Shown here piece by piece: positions 29,680 to 39,853 of a stretch of 64,000 bases of DNA (its first letter is position 1; every line of letters begins with the position of its first letter). The notes beneath the pieces are model-generated. The model did no database searches. It saw only the letters and a program-made list of their open reading frames with translations, and had not been told where the DNA came from. A program made the translations under genes and the position numbers. Source of the stretch: Roseibacillus sp. (GTDB lineage: Bacteria; Verrucomicrobiota; Verrucomicrobiia; Verrucomicrobiales; Akkermansiaceae); NCBI GenBank assembly GCA_965242925.1, contig CBDEUM010000013.1:160001-224000 (forward strand), written 5' to 3'.

Positions 29680-31005
29680 CTAGGAAAAGATGCTCTTTAT
29701 GGGATTCCCGATGTCCTTCTCGGCACCAGCCATGCGGAAGGGCCGCCCACTTGGAGAATGAAGGATTTTCTGGGAATCGACACCCAGGGCGTAGCCGATA
29801 GTGGCATTGAAGTCCTGCACGCTGACACCGTCCGTGTCGGGACGGCGGGCTTCGCGGTCTGACTTGCCATAGGTAGTGCCCCCCTTGATCCCGGCACCGG
29901 CCATGACCGTCGAGAAACAGGCCGGGTGGTGGTCACGCCCGTTGTCGTGCTCGGTCACGATGTTCGGAGTCCTCCCGAATTCGGTTCCGATCACCACCAG
30001 GGTGGTTTCAAGGAGGCCCTTCGCTTCCAGATCCTGCACCAGGGTGGAGAAGCCCTTGTCGAGCACGGCGGCCCGGGCTTCCACCGAGGTAAAATTGTCA
30101 TAGTGGGTGTCCCAGCCACCGAGACCGACCTCCACGAAGCGCACTCCCACTTCCACCAGACGGCGCGCAAGAAGGCAGCCCTGACCAAAGCTGTCTTTGC
30201 CATACTTGGAGCGGGTCGAACTGGGCTCCAGCTTGATGTCAAAGGCCTTGAGGTCTTCGCTCTTCATGAGGTTAACCGCCTCGTCGTAGAGGCTGTCGTA
30301 GGACTTCACGTCCTGGGACTTGTAGGTCTCATGAAACTTTTTGTTGAGCACGTCCGCAATGGCAAGCCGCTTGGTAAAGTTCTGCTCGCTCACCGAATTG
30401 GGGCGCTTGGAATCCTTGAGGCCTTCGTCGGGACGCCCCAGGGGCACACCCTGGTAGTCGGCCCCGAAAAATCCCGCGGAGGCGTTCTTGGGATTGGTGC
30501 CCACCGTTACAAACCCGGGCAGGGTGGTATTCTTGCGCCCCTTGTGACGAACAACCCACGATCCGATGGCGGGGTGGACGATGGTCCCCCGCGGCGAGTA
30601 GCTCCGGTGCAGGAGATACTGTCCCTGCTCGTGAGCACCCTGGCGAGAGCTCATGGAGCGAATAACACAGGCGCGATCCGCCAGCTTGGCGAATTCGGGA
30701 AGATATTGGGAGACCTCGTAGTCGCCACTGGTCGGGATTGCTTCCACCGGCCCCTGGACCTCGTCGTTCTTCGGCTTGGGGTCAAAGGTATCAAGGTGGC
30801 TCATACCGCCCTGCATGTTAAGGAAGATGACATGCTCGGCGAGCTGGCTCGGCCCCGTGGACTTCCTGGTGGCCCCGATCGCGCCGGTGGCAAGAGAGCC
30901 CCCCAGCATGGGTGCGACCGTCACACCGAGGTAGGCGCGCGCCGCGTTCACCATGATCTGACGCCGGGTCAGTTCATCCTGCCTGTTAAACTTGTGGTTG
31001 TTCAT
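29680..31005 (-). CDS. DUF1501 family protein with Tat-like N-terminus
   Basis: LTRRQIM, GGMSHLDTFDPKP, CLLARRLVEVGVRFVEV, GWDTH, EFGRTP, GRDHHP. Confidence 0.92.
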   Translation of the reverse strand: MNNHKFNRQDELTRRQIMVNAARAYLGVTVAPMLGGSLATGAIGATRKSTGPSQLAEHVIFLNMQGGMSHLDTFDPKPKNDEVQGPVEAIPTSGDYEVSQYLPEFAKLADRACVIRSMSSRQGAHEQGQYLLHRSYSPRGTIVHPAIGSWVVRHKGRKNTTLPGFVTVGTNPKNASAGFFGADYQGVPLGRPDEGLKDSKRPNSVSEQNFTKRLAIADVLNKKFHETYKSQDVKSYDSLYDEAVNLMKSEDLKAFDIKLEPSSTRSKYGKDSFGQGCLLARRLVEVGVRFVEVGLGGWDTHYDNFTSVEARAAVLDKGFSTLVQDLEAKGLLETTLVVIGTEFGRTPNIVTEHDNGRDHHPACFSTVMAGAGIKGGTTYGKSDREARRPDTDGVSVQDFNATIGYALGVDSQKILHSPSGRPFRMAGAEKDIGNPIKSIFS

Positions 31006-31028
31006 TTGAAGTAGCGATGGGTATGGAG

Positions 31029-32957
31029 TTACTGGACAAAGATGAATTCGTGGGTGGCGATCAGGGCCGAAGTGAGATTCTCGAAGCTCTCCTGGCTGCC
31101 GTCGATCACGTCGCGCATGAGGAGGGCCATTTCTTCGGGGGTGGGAGAACGGCTCAGGATGGAGTAGTAGAGGAAGCGGACCTTGTCACGATTGGAGCTC
31201 CCGGCCTCCAGAGCCTTGTAAGCCGCCGAACTGCGGTTGCTGACCACCATCTTCTCGACGTAGCCGTTCATGATGGAGAGGACCTGGGCCATGTTGGGCT
31301 CCCGGGTGGCGGAATCAATGAGATCGCGGTCCGAGGATCCGAACATGCGCAGGAGGTGCCCGTTGGGAGCTGGCGCGGACAGTTCGGAAGCACGGGCCAT
31401 TCCGCTGGCGGCACCCGGGCGCCCGGCTCGCTGCATCGACATCATGGCCTCCTTGCTGGCTCCGGAGTTGCCCGCCTTGATGTCGGAGAGCAACTGCATG
31501 GCAAAGGACTTGTATTCGCCGGGCTTCTGGATGGCGAGAAGCTCCTCGCTAAGCTGCGACATCGTTTTCTTACCCACCAGCACGGGTTTGCCGCGGTAGT
31601 AGATTGTATCGCTGAAGCGCCTCTTGGGAAGGTTGTCCGGATTGCCCGCGGTGAGGGTGACGAGGGAATCCCAGACCTGCTCTGCACTCATACGCTCTAT
31701 CTGACGTCCGTTGAAGGCTTGCGGCATACCAGCCTCGAAAGCCTCCGGGTTGGCCACGAACTGAAAGTTCCGGGTAAGCAGGAGGACGTGCTGGAAGGCC
31801 CGCAGGTCAAACTTGAGATCCTCACGCATGAGAGTCATGAGGTAGTCCATGAGCTCGGGCGTGATGGTCTTATCAGCCTTGATGTGCTCATCCACCGGCT
31901 CATAGATCCCCTTGCCCATGATGCGCTTCCACATCCGGTTCACAATGATGGAGGTGAAATTGTCATTGGCGGTGACCACCCACTTGGCGAAGTCCTCCCG
32001 GGCGGTCTGGTCGTCCCGGCGGTCGGAGGAGCGGATGCGCTTTCCAAAGTGCGTCTTGCCACCGATCATCTCGCCGGGATCGCCGTCGCGGTACTGGTAA
32101 TCGCTGGGCAGCTTGATACGTCCCTTGCCACCATCGGCGAGAGTGAAATAATGCACGTTGTCGCCCAGCCATTCAACGAGGCGGCCGAACTCCGTACGCT
32201 CCTCCTCGGCATCGCGCACCTCCCGCCACACGCTGCTCCAAGGGCCGCGGTTGATCTCCTTCTGACCGTTGGTGAAGGCAGCCAGCTCGTAGAATTCCAT
32301 GCGCTCCCACTTGTGGAAGGGGGCGTCGTGGCACTGGGCACACTCCATGCGCTCTCCGGTGAAGATCCGCATGGTGTTGGAAAGGTTGTCCAGCGGCATG
32401 CCCTTGTCCCGGATGAAGTAGCCCACTGCGCCGTTGCCCTCGCTCCACCCGCTTCCCTTCGCACCGAGCAACTGCTGCGCAAACTGGTCCCAGGGCATGT
32501 TGTTGCGCATAGCCTCGTGAACGAACTGCACGTATGGGGCTGCCTGTCCCTCGTTGAAATCGTCGGTGAGACGCAGGAGGTCGCTCACCCAGTTGACCAT
32601 CGCGCTGCGATAGCCGTCGTTCTTCTCGCTCATGAGGTAGCTGGCGAGCATCTCCCGACTATTCTTGTCCTCGATCTCGAGGAACATGCGGGCTTCCTCC
32701 AGGGTGGGGATCCGGCCGGCCGCCACCAGGAAACTGCGCCGCAGGAAGGTCGCATCATCGACCACCTCGGGCACTTTCAGCTTCTTCCGCTTGTAGAGGG
32801 TGGCGACATACTTATCGATGTTGTAGGCCGCTTTCTTGAGAGTGGCCAGATCGGGCCCTTTCTTCCGGGCCTGCTGCGAGAATGCTGGAAACGCGAGGCC
32901 CAACACCCCCAGTCCAACCACCAGATGGCGGAAGGTGATCGTCCTATGAATTTTCAT
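31029..32957 (-). CDS. DUF1549/DUF1553 (PSCyt2/PSD1) exported protein with CxxCH
   Basis: Signal peptide, DDATFLRR..GRIPT, CAQCHD, VNRMWKRIMGKG, RMSAEQVWDS, EFIF. Confidence 0.9.
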   Translation of the reverse strand: MKIHRTITFRHLVVGLGVLGLAFPAFSQQARKKGPDLATLKKAAYNIDKYVATLYKRKKLKVPEVVDDATFLRRSFLVAAGRIPTLEEARMFLEIEDKNSREMLASYLMSEKNDGYRSAMVNWVSDLLRLTDDFNEGQAAPYVQFVHEAMRNNMPWDQFAQQLLGAKGSGWSEGNGAVGYFIRDKGMPLDNLSNTMRIFTGERMECAQCHDAPFHKWERMEFYELAAFTNGQKEINRGPWSSVWREVRDAEEERTEFGRLVEWLGDNVHYFTLADGGKGRIKLPSDYQYRDGDPGEMIGGKTHFGKRIRSSDRRDDQTAREDFAKWVVTANDNFTSIIVNRMWKRIMGKGIYEPVDEHIKADKTITPELMDYLMTLMREDLKFDLRAFQHVLLLTRNFQFVANPEAFEAGMPQAFNGRQIERMSAEQVWDSLVTLTAGNPDNLPKRRFSDTIYYRGKPVLVGKKTMSQLSEELLAIQKPGEYKSFAMQLLSDIKAGNSGASKEAMMSMQRAGRPGAASGMARASELSAPAPNGHLLRMFGSSDRDLIDSATREPNMAQVLSIMNGYVEKMVVSNRSSAAYKALEAGSSNRDKVRFLYYSILSRSPTPEEMALLMRDVIDGSQESFENLTSALIATHEFIFVQ

Positions 32958-33297
32958 GCGTGGTGGATGGAGTTGATTCTTGGAAAAGCCCTCGAAAGCG
33001 GATCAGAGCATTTTTCCATCTCAAAAGTCAATATCCCGGATTTGAAGGGGTTACAAGCTCGGTAAGATCCCTCTCACGGGCCCAACTACCCGTAACGGGG
33101 GAGGATTCCGGAGTGTCAAATTGTCCCACTTCCTTCTATTGCCGCCTTCTGCAAGAGCAATAAGCCCGGTGGCTCCCTCGTCGGCCGGGACACCCGCAAC
33201 GCAACGTCACCCCCCCACTCGCGCTGCGGATCCCCGTTCCCGCCTGCCGCATTGACCTGCATTTCGCCCCCTGCCACCCTTTCCCTGTTTTCCGGAT

Positions 33298-34017
33298 TTG
33301 CCCGTGTCCAGACTCCCTGACAAGACCGTCATCGTAACCGGGGCCAGCCGGGGGATCGGCCGCTCCACCGCCCTCTCCCTTGCCAATGAAGGGGCGCAAG
33401 TGGCCCTTCTCTCCCGCGATCAGGCTGCCCTTGAGGAGGTCGCGTCCGAAGTCACCCGGGCCGGGGGCCGGGCTCTCGTCTTCCCTGTCGACTTTGCCGA
33501 CTCCTCCTCCGTTCCCGCCCTCGCGTCCTCCCTTCTCGCCCAGCTCGAATCGGTCCATGCCCTCGTCAACAATGCAGGCACCTTCCTGGAGCAGGATCTC
33601 GCGGAAATGACTGATGACGAGCTGCGCCACGTCCTCGACGTCAACCTGATGGCTCCCTTCGTCCTGACGAGGGAACTGCTCCCCGCCCTCCGGAAGACCC
33701 GGGGGCAGATCATCAACGTGGTGAGCACCTCCGCCCTGCAGGGTTACCCCCAGCAATCCGGCTACTGCGCCAGCAAGGCGGGTCTGCTGGGAATGATGCG
33801 GGCCCTCGCCCTCGAGGAAAAACCGAATGGGGTGCGCATCCACAATCTCTGCCCCGGTGGCGTCGACACCGCCTTCATCGAGGGGACCAGACTCGGTGAA
33901 CGCCTCGCCGGACAGGTCATGATCTCCCCCGACGACATCGGTGAGATGATCGTCTTCCTCCTCCGCCAGCCAGCGAACGTGGACCTTTCGGAAATGGTCA
34001 TCCGCCGCTTCACCTGA
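33298..34017 (+). CDS. Short-chain dehydrogenase/reductase
   Basis: TGASRGIG, VNNAG, YCASK, CPGGVDT. Confidence 0.92.
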   Translation: MPVSRLPDKTVIVTGASRGIGRSTALSLANEGAQVALLSRDQAALEEVASEVTRAGGRALVFPVDFADSSSVPALASSLLAQLESVHALVNNAGTFLEQDLAEMTDDELRHVLDVNLMAPFVLTRELLPALRKTRGQIINVVSTSALQGYPQQSGYCASKAGLLGMMRALALEEKPNGVRIHNLCPGGVDTAFIEGTRLGERLAGQVMISPDDIGEMIVFLLRQPANVDLSEMVIRRFT

Positions 34018-34055
34018 ACCGCCGGCAGACCGTAGCGTCGATTCCGCTTCCTTCC

Positions 34056-34553
34056 ATGAACCTTCCCCTCCCCTTCCGCATCTTCAACGGTCTCGCCGTG
34101 GCCCTGTTCGCGGCCTTCGCGTTTTTTCAATGCAACGACATTCCCCAAGACGGAGATAAGACCGGCAATCAACACTCGACGTATTTCGAACCCTCCGTCC
34201 TCGACGCTGCCCTCTGGGTTGGATTCTACGCCTTCGTCGCAGTGCTGTTCGCTCTTTCGCTTTCTGGCCGAATAATCCCGCGCTGGGTTCTCCTCGCTGG
34301 AGCACTGGCATGTTTCGTGCAGATGGGCCGTACGGACTGGGGCCTGTGGGATAACCTCTTCGGAGAGAAGGAATTCACCATGATGGGAACCAGCATGAGC
34401 TCTGCAGACCCCCGGGTGGAACTCTCCCGCGAATTCTTCGGAGCCCTCCTCGCCCTCGCCGCCGTGACCCTCCTCTGGTGGGAACGCCGCAAGTTTGCCG
34501 CCACGGCCGCCTCTTCCCCTCCGGGAAGTGGAGGAGAGGCCGATGAATCCTGA
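34056..34553 (+). CDS. TMEM220-family-like small membrane protein
   Basis: Four hydrophobic segments, FQCND..W..Y, ELSREFFG. Confidence 0.65.
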   Translation: MNLPLPFRIFNGLAVALFAAFAFFQCNDIPQDGDKTGNQHSTYFEPSVLDAALWVGFYAFVAVLFALSLSGRIIPRWVLLAGALACFVQMGRTDWGLWDNLFGEKEFTMMGTSMSSADPRVELSREFFGALLALAAVTLLWWERRKFAATAASSPPGSGGEADES

Positions 34554-34676
34554 CGAAGGACCTGTCAGTGGACCCGCTCAGTCCGGGATGAAGGAACCCC
34601 TCGGAGACAGCGCAGCATTCCTCCATTTCCCCCAGCCTGAACTGGCGCCTCCTGACGAGGTCACGGATGGGCCTCT

Positions 34677-35450
34677 TCACCATCCCCCTCCAAGGGTATG
34701 GCCAGCATCCACGGTGAGAGATTCACCCGTCACCAGATCGCTGCCGGTAATCAGGCCGAGGATCACATCCGCCACATCCTCAGGACTACACGAAGTTTGA
34801 AGGGGCGCCTCGGCCTCCTTCGAGGCCACGAAGGCATCGTAGTTCTCACCCACTCCGCGACGGAGCCAGTCGCCCTTGATAAACCCTGGCGCCACCGCAT
34901 TGACGCGCACCCCTTTTGGCCCCAGGACGCGAGCCAGGGACTTGGTCATGGTGATCAGGGCCCCCTTGGAAGCGCAATAGGGAATACAGCTGCCCCGCCC
35001 GGTGAACGCGGCCACGCTGGCGACCGAAACGATTTCCGCACTCCCCGCCGCTTCGAGGTGAGGCCGCGCGGCCCGCACACATTGGAAGGCCGCCTTCACA
35101 TTGACATCCATCAGGCGCGACCATACCTCGTCATTCACCGCATCGAAATCATCGGCCGGGATGAACACGGTCGTGCCAGCATTATTGATGAGGATATCCA
35201 GTCGCCCAAATTCCTCCACGGCAGCCTCCACCATGCCCCGGCAAACCGCGTCATCGGAGACATCACCCTGGAAGAGGGTTGCCTGCACGCCACATGCCTC
35301 AGCCTGCGCACACACCCCGGCAGCCGCCTCACTGGACTGCGCGTAATTGATCAGCACCGAACACCCCTGCCGGGCCAGCGAGAGCGCAGTGGCGGCCCCT
35401 ACTCCACGACTCGCCCCGGTCACAATCGCCGCTTTCCCCTCGATCAGCAT
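34677..35450 (-). CDS. Short-chain dehydrogenase/reductase (FabG-like)
   Basis: Start ATG 35450; TGASRGVG, INNAG, YCASK, VNAVAPG. Confidence 0.92.
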   Translation of the reverse strand: MLIEGKAAIVTGASRGVGAATALSLARQGCSVLINYAQSSEAAAGVCAQAEACGVQATLFQGDVSDDAVCRGMVEAAVEEFGRLDILINNAGTTVFIPADDFDAVNDEVWSRLMDVNVKAAFQCVRAARPHLEAAGSAEIVSVASVAAFTGRGSCIPYCASKGALITMTKSLARVLGPKGVRVNAVAPGFIKGDWLRRGVGENYDAFVASKEAEAPLQTSCSPEDVADVILGLITGSDLVTGESLTVDAGHTLGGGW

Positions 35451-35627
35451 GGCGTTAACGATAGCGGCCCGCACCCGCGGATCAACCCATCCCCGGAAAG
35501 AAAACGGCAACGAAAAGGGCATTACGGCGAACTTCCTCACGAAGAAACGGGAACGGAGCCCGGGTTTACCCGGGAGGGGCCAAAACAAGGAAGTGCATCC
35601 GGCGGCCCGATGATGTGAACTCCCGCA

Positions 35628-37082
35628 GTGCCCATCGCATTCGACAACAGCTACGCGCGCCTCCCCGAGCACTTCTTCTCGCGGGTCGATCCCACCCCGG
35701 TGGCCTCCCCGTCCCTCCTTCGCTTCAACCATGCTCTGGCGGAAGAGATGGGAGTCACCGCCAGGGACTTCCCCCCCGACGTACTTGCCGGCAACGCTCT
35801 CCCGGAGGGGTCCGAACCGATTGCGCTTGCCTACGCCGGACACCAGTTCGGTGGATGGGTTCCCCAACTCGGGGACGGCCGGGCGGTCCTTCTCGGCGAG
35901 GTTGTGGGACCTGACGGAAGACGACGGGACATCCAGCTGAAGGGATCGGGTCCGACCATCTTCTCCCGCAACGGAGACGGCCGGGCCGCCCTTGGTCCCG
36001 CCATCCGGGAATACGTGGTGAGCGAAGCGATGGCCGCACTCGGTATTCCCACCACCAGGGCCCTCGCGGTTGTCACCACCGGAGAAAAGGTCCTCCGCGA
36101 ACGCCCGCTGCCCGGCGCGGTCTTCACGCGGGTGGCCAGCAGCCACATCCGGGTGGGCACTTTCCAGTATCACCATGCGCGTGAAGATCCTGATGCCCTT
36201 CGCGCCCTGACCGACCACGTCATCACCCGCCACTACCCCGAGGCCGCAGAAAAGGAAGTTCCCGAACTTGCCCTCCTGGGTCTGCTGGCCACCCGGCAGG
36301 CCGAGCTGGTCGCGCAGTGGATGCTGGTCGGATTCATCCACGGGGTGATGAATACCGATAACTTCTCCATTGCGGGCGAAACCATCGACTACGGCCCCTG
36401 CGCCTTCGTGGACAACTTCCACCCCGGAAAGGTCTTCAGCTCCATCGATCGGCACGGGCGCTACTCCTGGGGGAACCAACCGCAGATCGCGCACTGGAAC
36501 CTCCTCCAGCTCGCACAGTGCCTCATCCCCCTCCGTCCCGGCAGCGCGGAGGACGCCAGGGAAGAGTTCGAAGCTGTCCTCAACGAATTCCCCGGCACGT
36601 TCGCTCGTGCCTACGAGCAAGGGTTCGCCCGTAAGCTCGGGCTCCTCGACCCGCGCCCCGGAGATCTCGACCTCGCGAAGGATCTCCTCACTCTCCTCGC
36701 CGAACAGGAAGTCGACTTCACTCTCTTCTTCCGCCGCCTCACCACTCAGGTGGAATCGCACGATGAGGACCAGTCCGCAGTGCATGATCTTTTCGGGTGC
36801 GCCAAGGGATTCGACCAGTGGTCCGCAAAGTGGCAGGCGCGGACCTCGCAGCAGGATTTTCGCGACCAGGCACAGACCATGCGTGCAGCCAACCCCATCT
36901 TCATTCCCCGCAACCACCGCCTCGAGGAAGCCATCACGGCTGCCGAACAACAGAACTTCGCCCCCTTCGAACAACTCCTCGAAGTCCTCTCCCGGCCCTT
37001 CGACGAACAGCCGGAGAATGCCGGGTATGAGAACCCACCCCAGCCCGGGGAAGTCGTCCACTCGACCTTCTGCGGGACCTGA
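35628..37082 (+). CDS. selO: Protein adenylyltransferase SelO/YdiU
   Basis: YAGHQFG, LGDGRA, QLKGSG, GFIHGVMNTDN, IDYGP, NPIFIPRNH, TFCGT*. Confidence 0.95.
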   Translation: MPIAFDNSYARLPEHFFSRVDPTPVASPSLLRFNHALAEEMGVTARDFPPDVLAGNALPEGSEPIALAYAGHQFGGWVPQLGDGRAVLLGEVVGPDGRRRDIQLKGSGPTIFSRNGDGRAALGPAIREYVVSEAMAALGIPTTRALAVVTTGEKVLRERPLPGAVFTRVASSHIRVGTFQYHHAREDPDALRALTDHVITRHYPEAAEKEVPELALLGLLATRQAELVAQWMLVGFIHGVMNTDNFSIAGETIDYGPCAFVDNFHPGKVFSSIDRHGRYSWGNQPQIAHWNLLQLAQCLIPLRPGSAEDAREEFEAVLNEFPGTFARAYEQGFARKLGLLDPRPGDLDLAKDLLTLLAEQEVDFTLFFRRLTTQVESHDEDQSAVHDLFGCAKGFDQWSAKWQARTSQQDFRDQAQTMRAANPIFIPRNHRLEEAITAAEQQNFAPFEQLLEVLSRPFDEQPENAGYENPPQPGEVVHSTFCGT

Positions 37083-39259
37083 TCACTTCTTTCGGAAGGC
37101 CTCCTTCTCCTTCCCCGGCCTGCTCTCCCCTTTTCCCAGCCCGGCCCGCTTCTTGAGCTCCTTGATCTGGTCCCGCAGGTGGGCTGCCCGCTCAAATTCC
37201 AGCCTGGTAGCCGCCTCCTGCATTTCCTGTTCCAGTTCACTCAGGACATTCACCGCATCGTAGAGTGAGGCCTCCTCGGCCACGAGGGAGCGATTGAGCT
37301 TCTCGGCCCGGCTCCTGTCATCCTGGTGCTGGTGCAGGCTCTTCTGCACCGCCCGCACCACGCTCTGCGGCGTGATGTTGTGCCGTTCGTTGTAGTCCTT
37401 CTGCCTGCCGCGGCGATACTCGGTCACATCGATGAGACGCTGGATGGAATCGGTCACCTGGTCACAGAACAGGACGCACTCCCCATTGATATGACGGGCC
37501 GCCCTTCCCGCGGTCTGGATCAGGCTGGTCTCGTTGCGCAGGAAAGCCCTCCTTGTCGGCATCGAGGATGCACACCAGGGAGACCTCGGGCAGGTCCAGT
37601 CCCTCCCGCAGCAGGTTGATCCCCACCAGGATGTCGAACTCCGCCGCCCGGAGCTGCCGCAGGATCTCCACCCGCTCCACCGCATCGATGTCGGCGTGAA
37701 TGTAGCGCACCTTCAGCCCGGCCCCCTGGAGATACTCGGAAAGATCCTCGGCCGTGCGCTTGGTCAGGGTGGTCACCAGCACGCGCTCACCCTTTTCAGT
37801 GCGCTGCTGGCACAGTTCGATGGTCGCGTCGATCTGGCCCAGCGAGGGGCTTGAGGGTGAGGACCGGATCGAGCAGGCCGGTGGGACGGATGATCTGCTC
37901 CACGATGAGGAGGTTTCCCTTCCGGGTCACATCAAATGCCTCCACCGGGTCCTCGGTGGGACTGGGCACGATGCGAAGCTGCCGCAGGCTGATGGGATCG
38001 ATCCCACGCTCCTTGTTCCCATGCACGGGAATACAGCCCTTGTTGTCCGGACGCGAATTGACCACCTCGAAGGGCCCCGGGGTGGCACTGACGTAGACAC
38101 GCTGGTTGGTAAGTTCCATGAACTCGTTGAACCGCAGCGGGCGGTTGTCGAGGGCACTGGGCAGGCGGAAGCCATGCTCAACGAGGGATTTCTTGCGGCT
38201 CATGTCGCCTTCATACATCCCGCGGATCTGCGGCACGCTGACGTGGCTCTCGTCCATGAGCACCAGGAAGTCGTCGGGAAAGAAATCGAGCAGGGTGTAG
38301 GGCCGCTCCCCCGGGGCCCGTCCCGTGATGTGCCGGGAGTAGTTCTCGATCCCCTGGCAGAATCCCATCTCCTGCATCATCTCGAGGTCATACTCCGTGC
38401 GCATCTTGAGGCGCTGGGCTTCGATGAGCTTGCCTTCCTTCTCAAAGAACTCGATCCGCTCCTTCATCTCGGCGCGGATCGCAATCATGGCGCGCTGCAT
38501 CTTTTCGGCCGAGCTGACAAACTGCTTGGCCGGGAAGAAGGTGTGCTTGTCGACCCGCTCGATCACCGCCCCGGTGAGAACATCAATGGTGGAAATCCGG
38601 TCCACTTCGTCCCCGAAGAACTCAACCCGGATGGCGGTGTCCTCGAGATAGGCGGGATGCACCTCCACCACGTCACCCCGCACCCGGAACTTTCCACGGC
38701 CGAAGGCGATGTCGTTGCGCTCAAAGAGAATGCCCACCAGCTGTCCCAGGAGCTCGTCACGCGCCAGTTCCTGCCCCTGCCAGACGGGGACCATCATCCC
38801 CTCGTAGTCGTCGGGCGATCCAAGGCCGTAGATGCAGCTTACCGAGGCCACCACCACGACATCCTGGCGGGTCAGGAGCGAACCCATCGTGCTCAATCGA
38901 AGGCGCTCGATCTCGTCGTTGATGGAGGAGTCCTTCTCGATGTAGGTGTCGCTGCGCGGGATGTAGGCTTCCGGCTGGTAATAATCGAAATAGCTCACGA
39001 AATACTCGACCGCATTGTGCGGAAAGAAGTTTTTGAACTCGGAGTAGAGCTGCGCGGCAAGGGTCTTGTTGTGGCTCATCACGAGGGTGGGCCTGCCCAT
39101 CCGCTCGATGACATTGGCCATGCTGAATGTTTTACCGGACCCCGTGACCCCCAGCAGGGTCTGGTGCGCATTGCCGGCCTCCAGCGACTTGACCAGTTTC
39201 TCAAAGGCCTGTTCCTGATCACCCTTGGCGCTGTAGTCGCTGACCAGTTGAAAGGACAC
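37083..39259 (-). CDS. uvrB: Excinuclease ABC subunit B (about 724 aa), interrupted by two +1 homopolymer indels (~37839 and ~37544)
   Basis: [56 protein letters not shown]-terminal FERAAHLRD spread over three frames. Confidence 0.95.
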
Positions 39260-39332
39260 GGGGCATTACTAGACCACCGTCACGGCATTGCAAACTCCGG
39301 GACCCCTGCCCTTGAATCCCCTGCATCTGTAC

Positions 39333-39383
39333 AAGCAAAGAGAGGCGCCACGGTTTTAGGATCTAAAACCCGGCGCCCCCCTT
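39333..39383 (-). terminator. Terminator-like hairpin closing the sigma-54 transcript
   Basis: Minus strand GGGGGGCGCCG-GGUUUUAG-AUC-CUAAAACC-GU-GGCGCC-UCUCUUUGCUU. Confidence 0.7.
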
Positions 39384-39737
39384 ACCTTGCCTTGTCAGTC
39401 GAATGAATGTCCGCTACCACCCGGACATATTCTGCTATGATTACCGGACAGGTAGTCAGCCTCTCCGGTAATGGCTGTTCGCCGACTGGACCGAGACCGT
39501 CCGCTCCCAACCCCTTGATGGCACACCCGGATTAGTGAACTGCGCCAGAGGTCAGGTCTGCGATCGGGCTCATCAAATGGCCCCGCCGTCGAAAATTCTT
39601 CAACTCCGCACCGGAAACCCGCTCCTCCTTCGTTCCTCCATCCCCGTTTGACGCCAAGGGTTTGCCCTGGCGTGGCGCAACGGTTCCGGGGATTCGTCAG
39701 GGCGGAGAGTTCCAGCATGTAATCTTTATGGAGTGAG
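39335..39737 (-). ncRNA. Candidate ~400-nt sigma-54-dependent structured non-coding RNA
   Basis: Bounded by a sigma-54 promoter and a terminator; stems at 39640-39693, 39440-39472 and 39407-39428; closing helices 39396-39401/39483-39488 and about 39602-39611/39701-39712; overlapping ORF is not protein-like. Confidence 0.6.
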
Positions 39738-39747
39738 AGGTTTTGGT

Positions 39748-39764
39748 TGCACAACCCGTGCCAA
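39748..39764 (-). promoter_or_regulatory. Sigma-54 (-24/-12) promoter
   Basis: Minus strand TTGGCACGGGTTGTGCA versus consensus YTGGCACG-N4-TTGCW: one mismatch, GG-N10-GC spacing intact. Confidence 0.85.
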
Positions 39765-39782
39765 CTTGGCCATCATGACTCT

Positions 39783-39795
39783 TAACTATTTGATA
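39783..39795 (-). promoter_or_regulatory. IHF-binding site
   Basis: Minus strand TATCAAATAGTTA is an exact WATCAA-N4-TTR match, within an AT-rich patch about 46-58 nt upstream of the predicted +1. Confidence 0.7.
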
Positions 39796-39853
39796 TCGTG
39801 CGTGTTGGAAATTTATTACGGAAACGTTAATATAATTTTCCACCCCTGGAATC

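Noticed and set aside
35451..37061. N-terminal extension of the 794-aa ORF
   Set aside because: Antisense to selO; only the SDR part from 35450 is credible
37065..37082. Selenocysteine recoding at the SelO TGA
   Set aside because: The protein already ends in the ordinary TFCGT Cys motif and the convergent uvrB stop follows immediately
37540..37845. Programmed frameshifting or pseudogenisation of uvrB
   Set aside because: No slippery heptamer seen; single extra bases in short homopolymers match the error pattern in other genes
39260..39335. Verrucomicrobial-type LexA box (TGTTC-N4-GAACA) upstream of uvrB
   Set aside because: No matching palindrome found
39640..39693. c-di-GMP-I riboswitch suggested by AGGGCAAACC
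   Set aside because: The downstream GACGCAAAGC element and P2/P3 layout are absent; the segment folds as a simple hairpin
39395..39754. 119-aa ORF within the sigma-54 transcript region
   Set aside because: Its listed start lies inside the promoter, the sequence is R/G/S-rich without motifs, and it overlaps strong stems; a shorter version from ATG 39718 cannot be fully excluded
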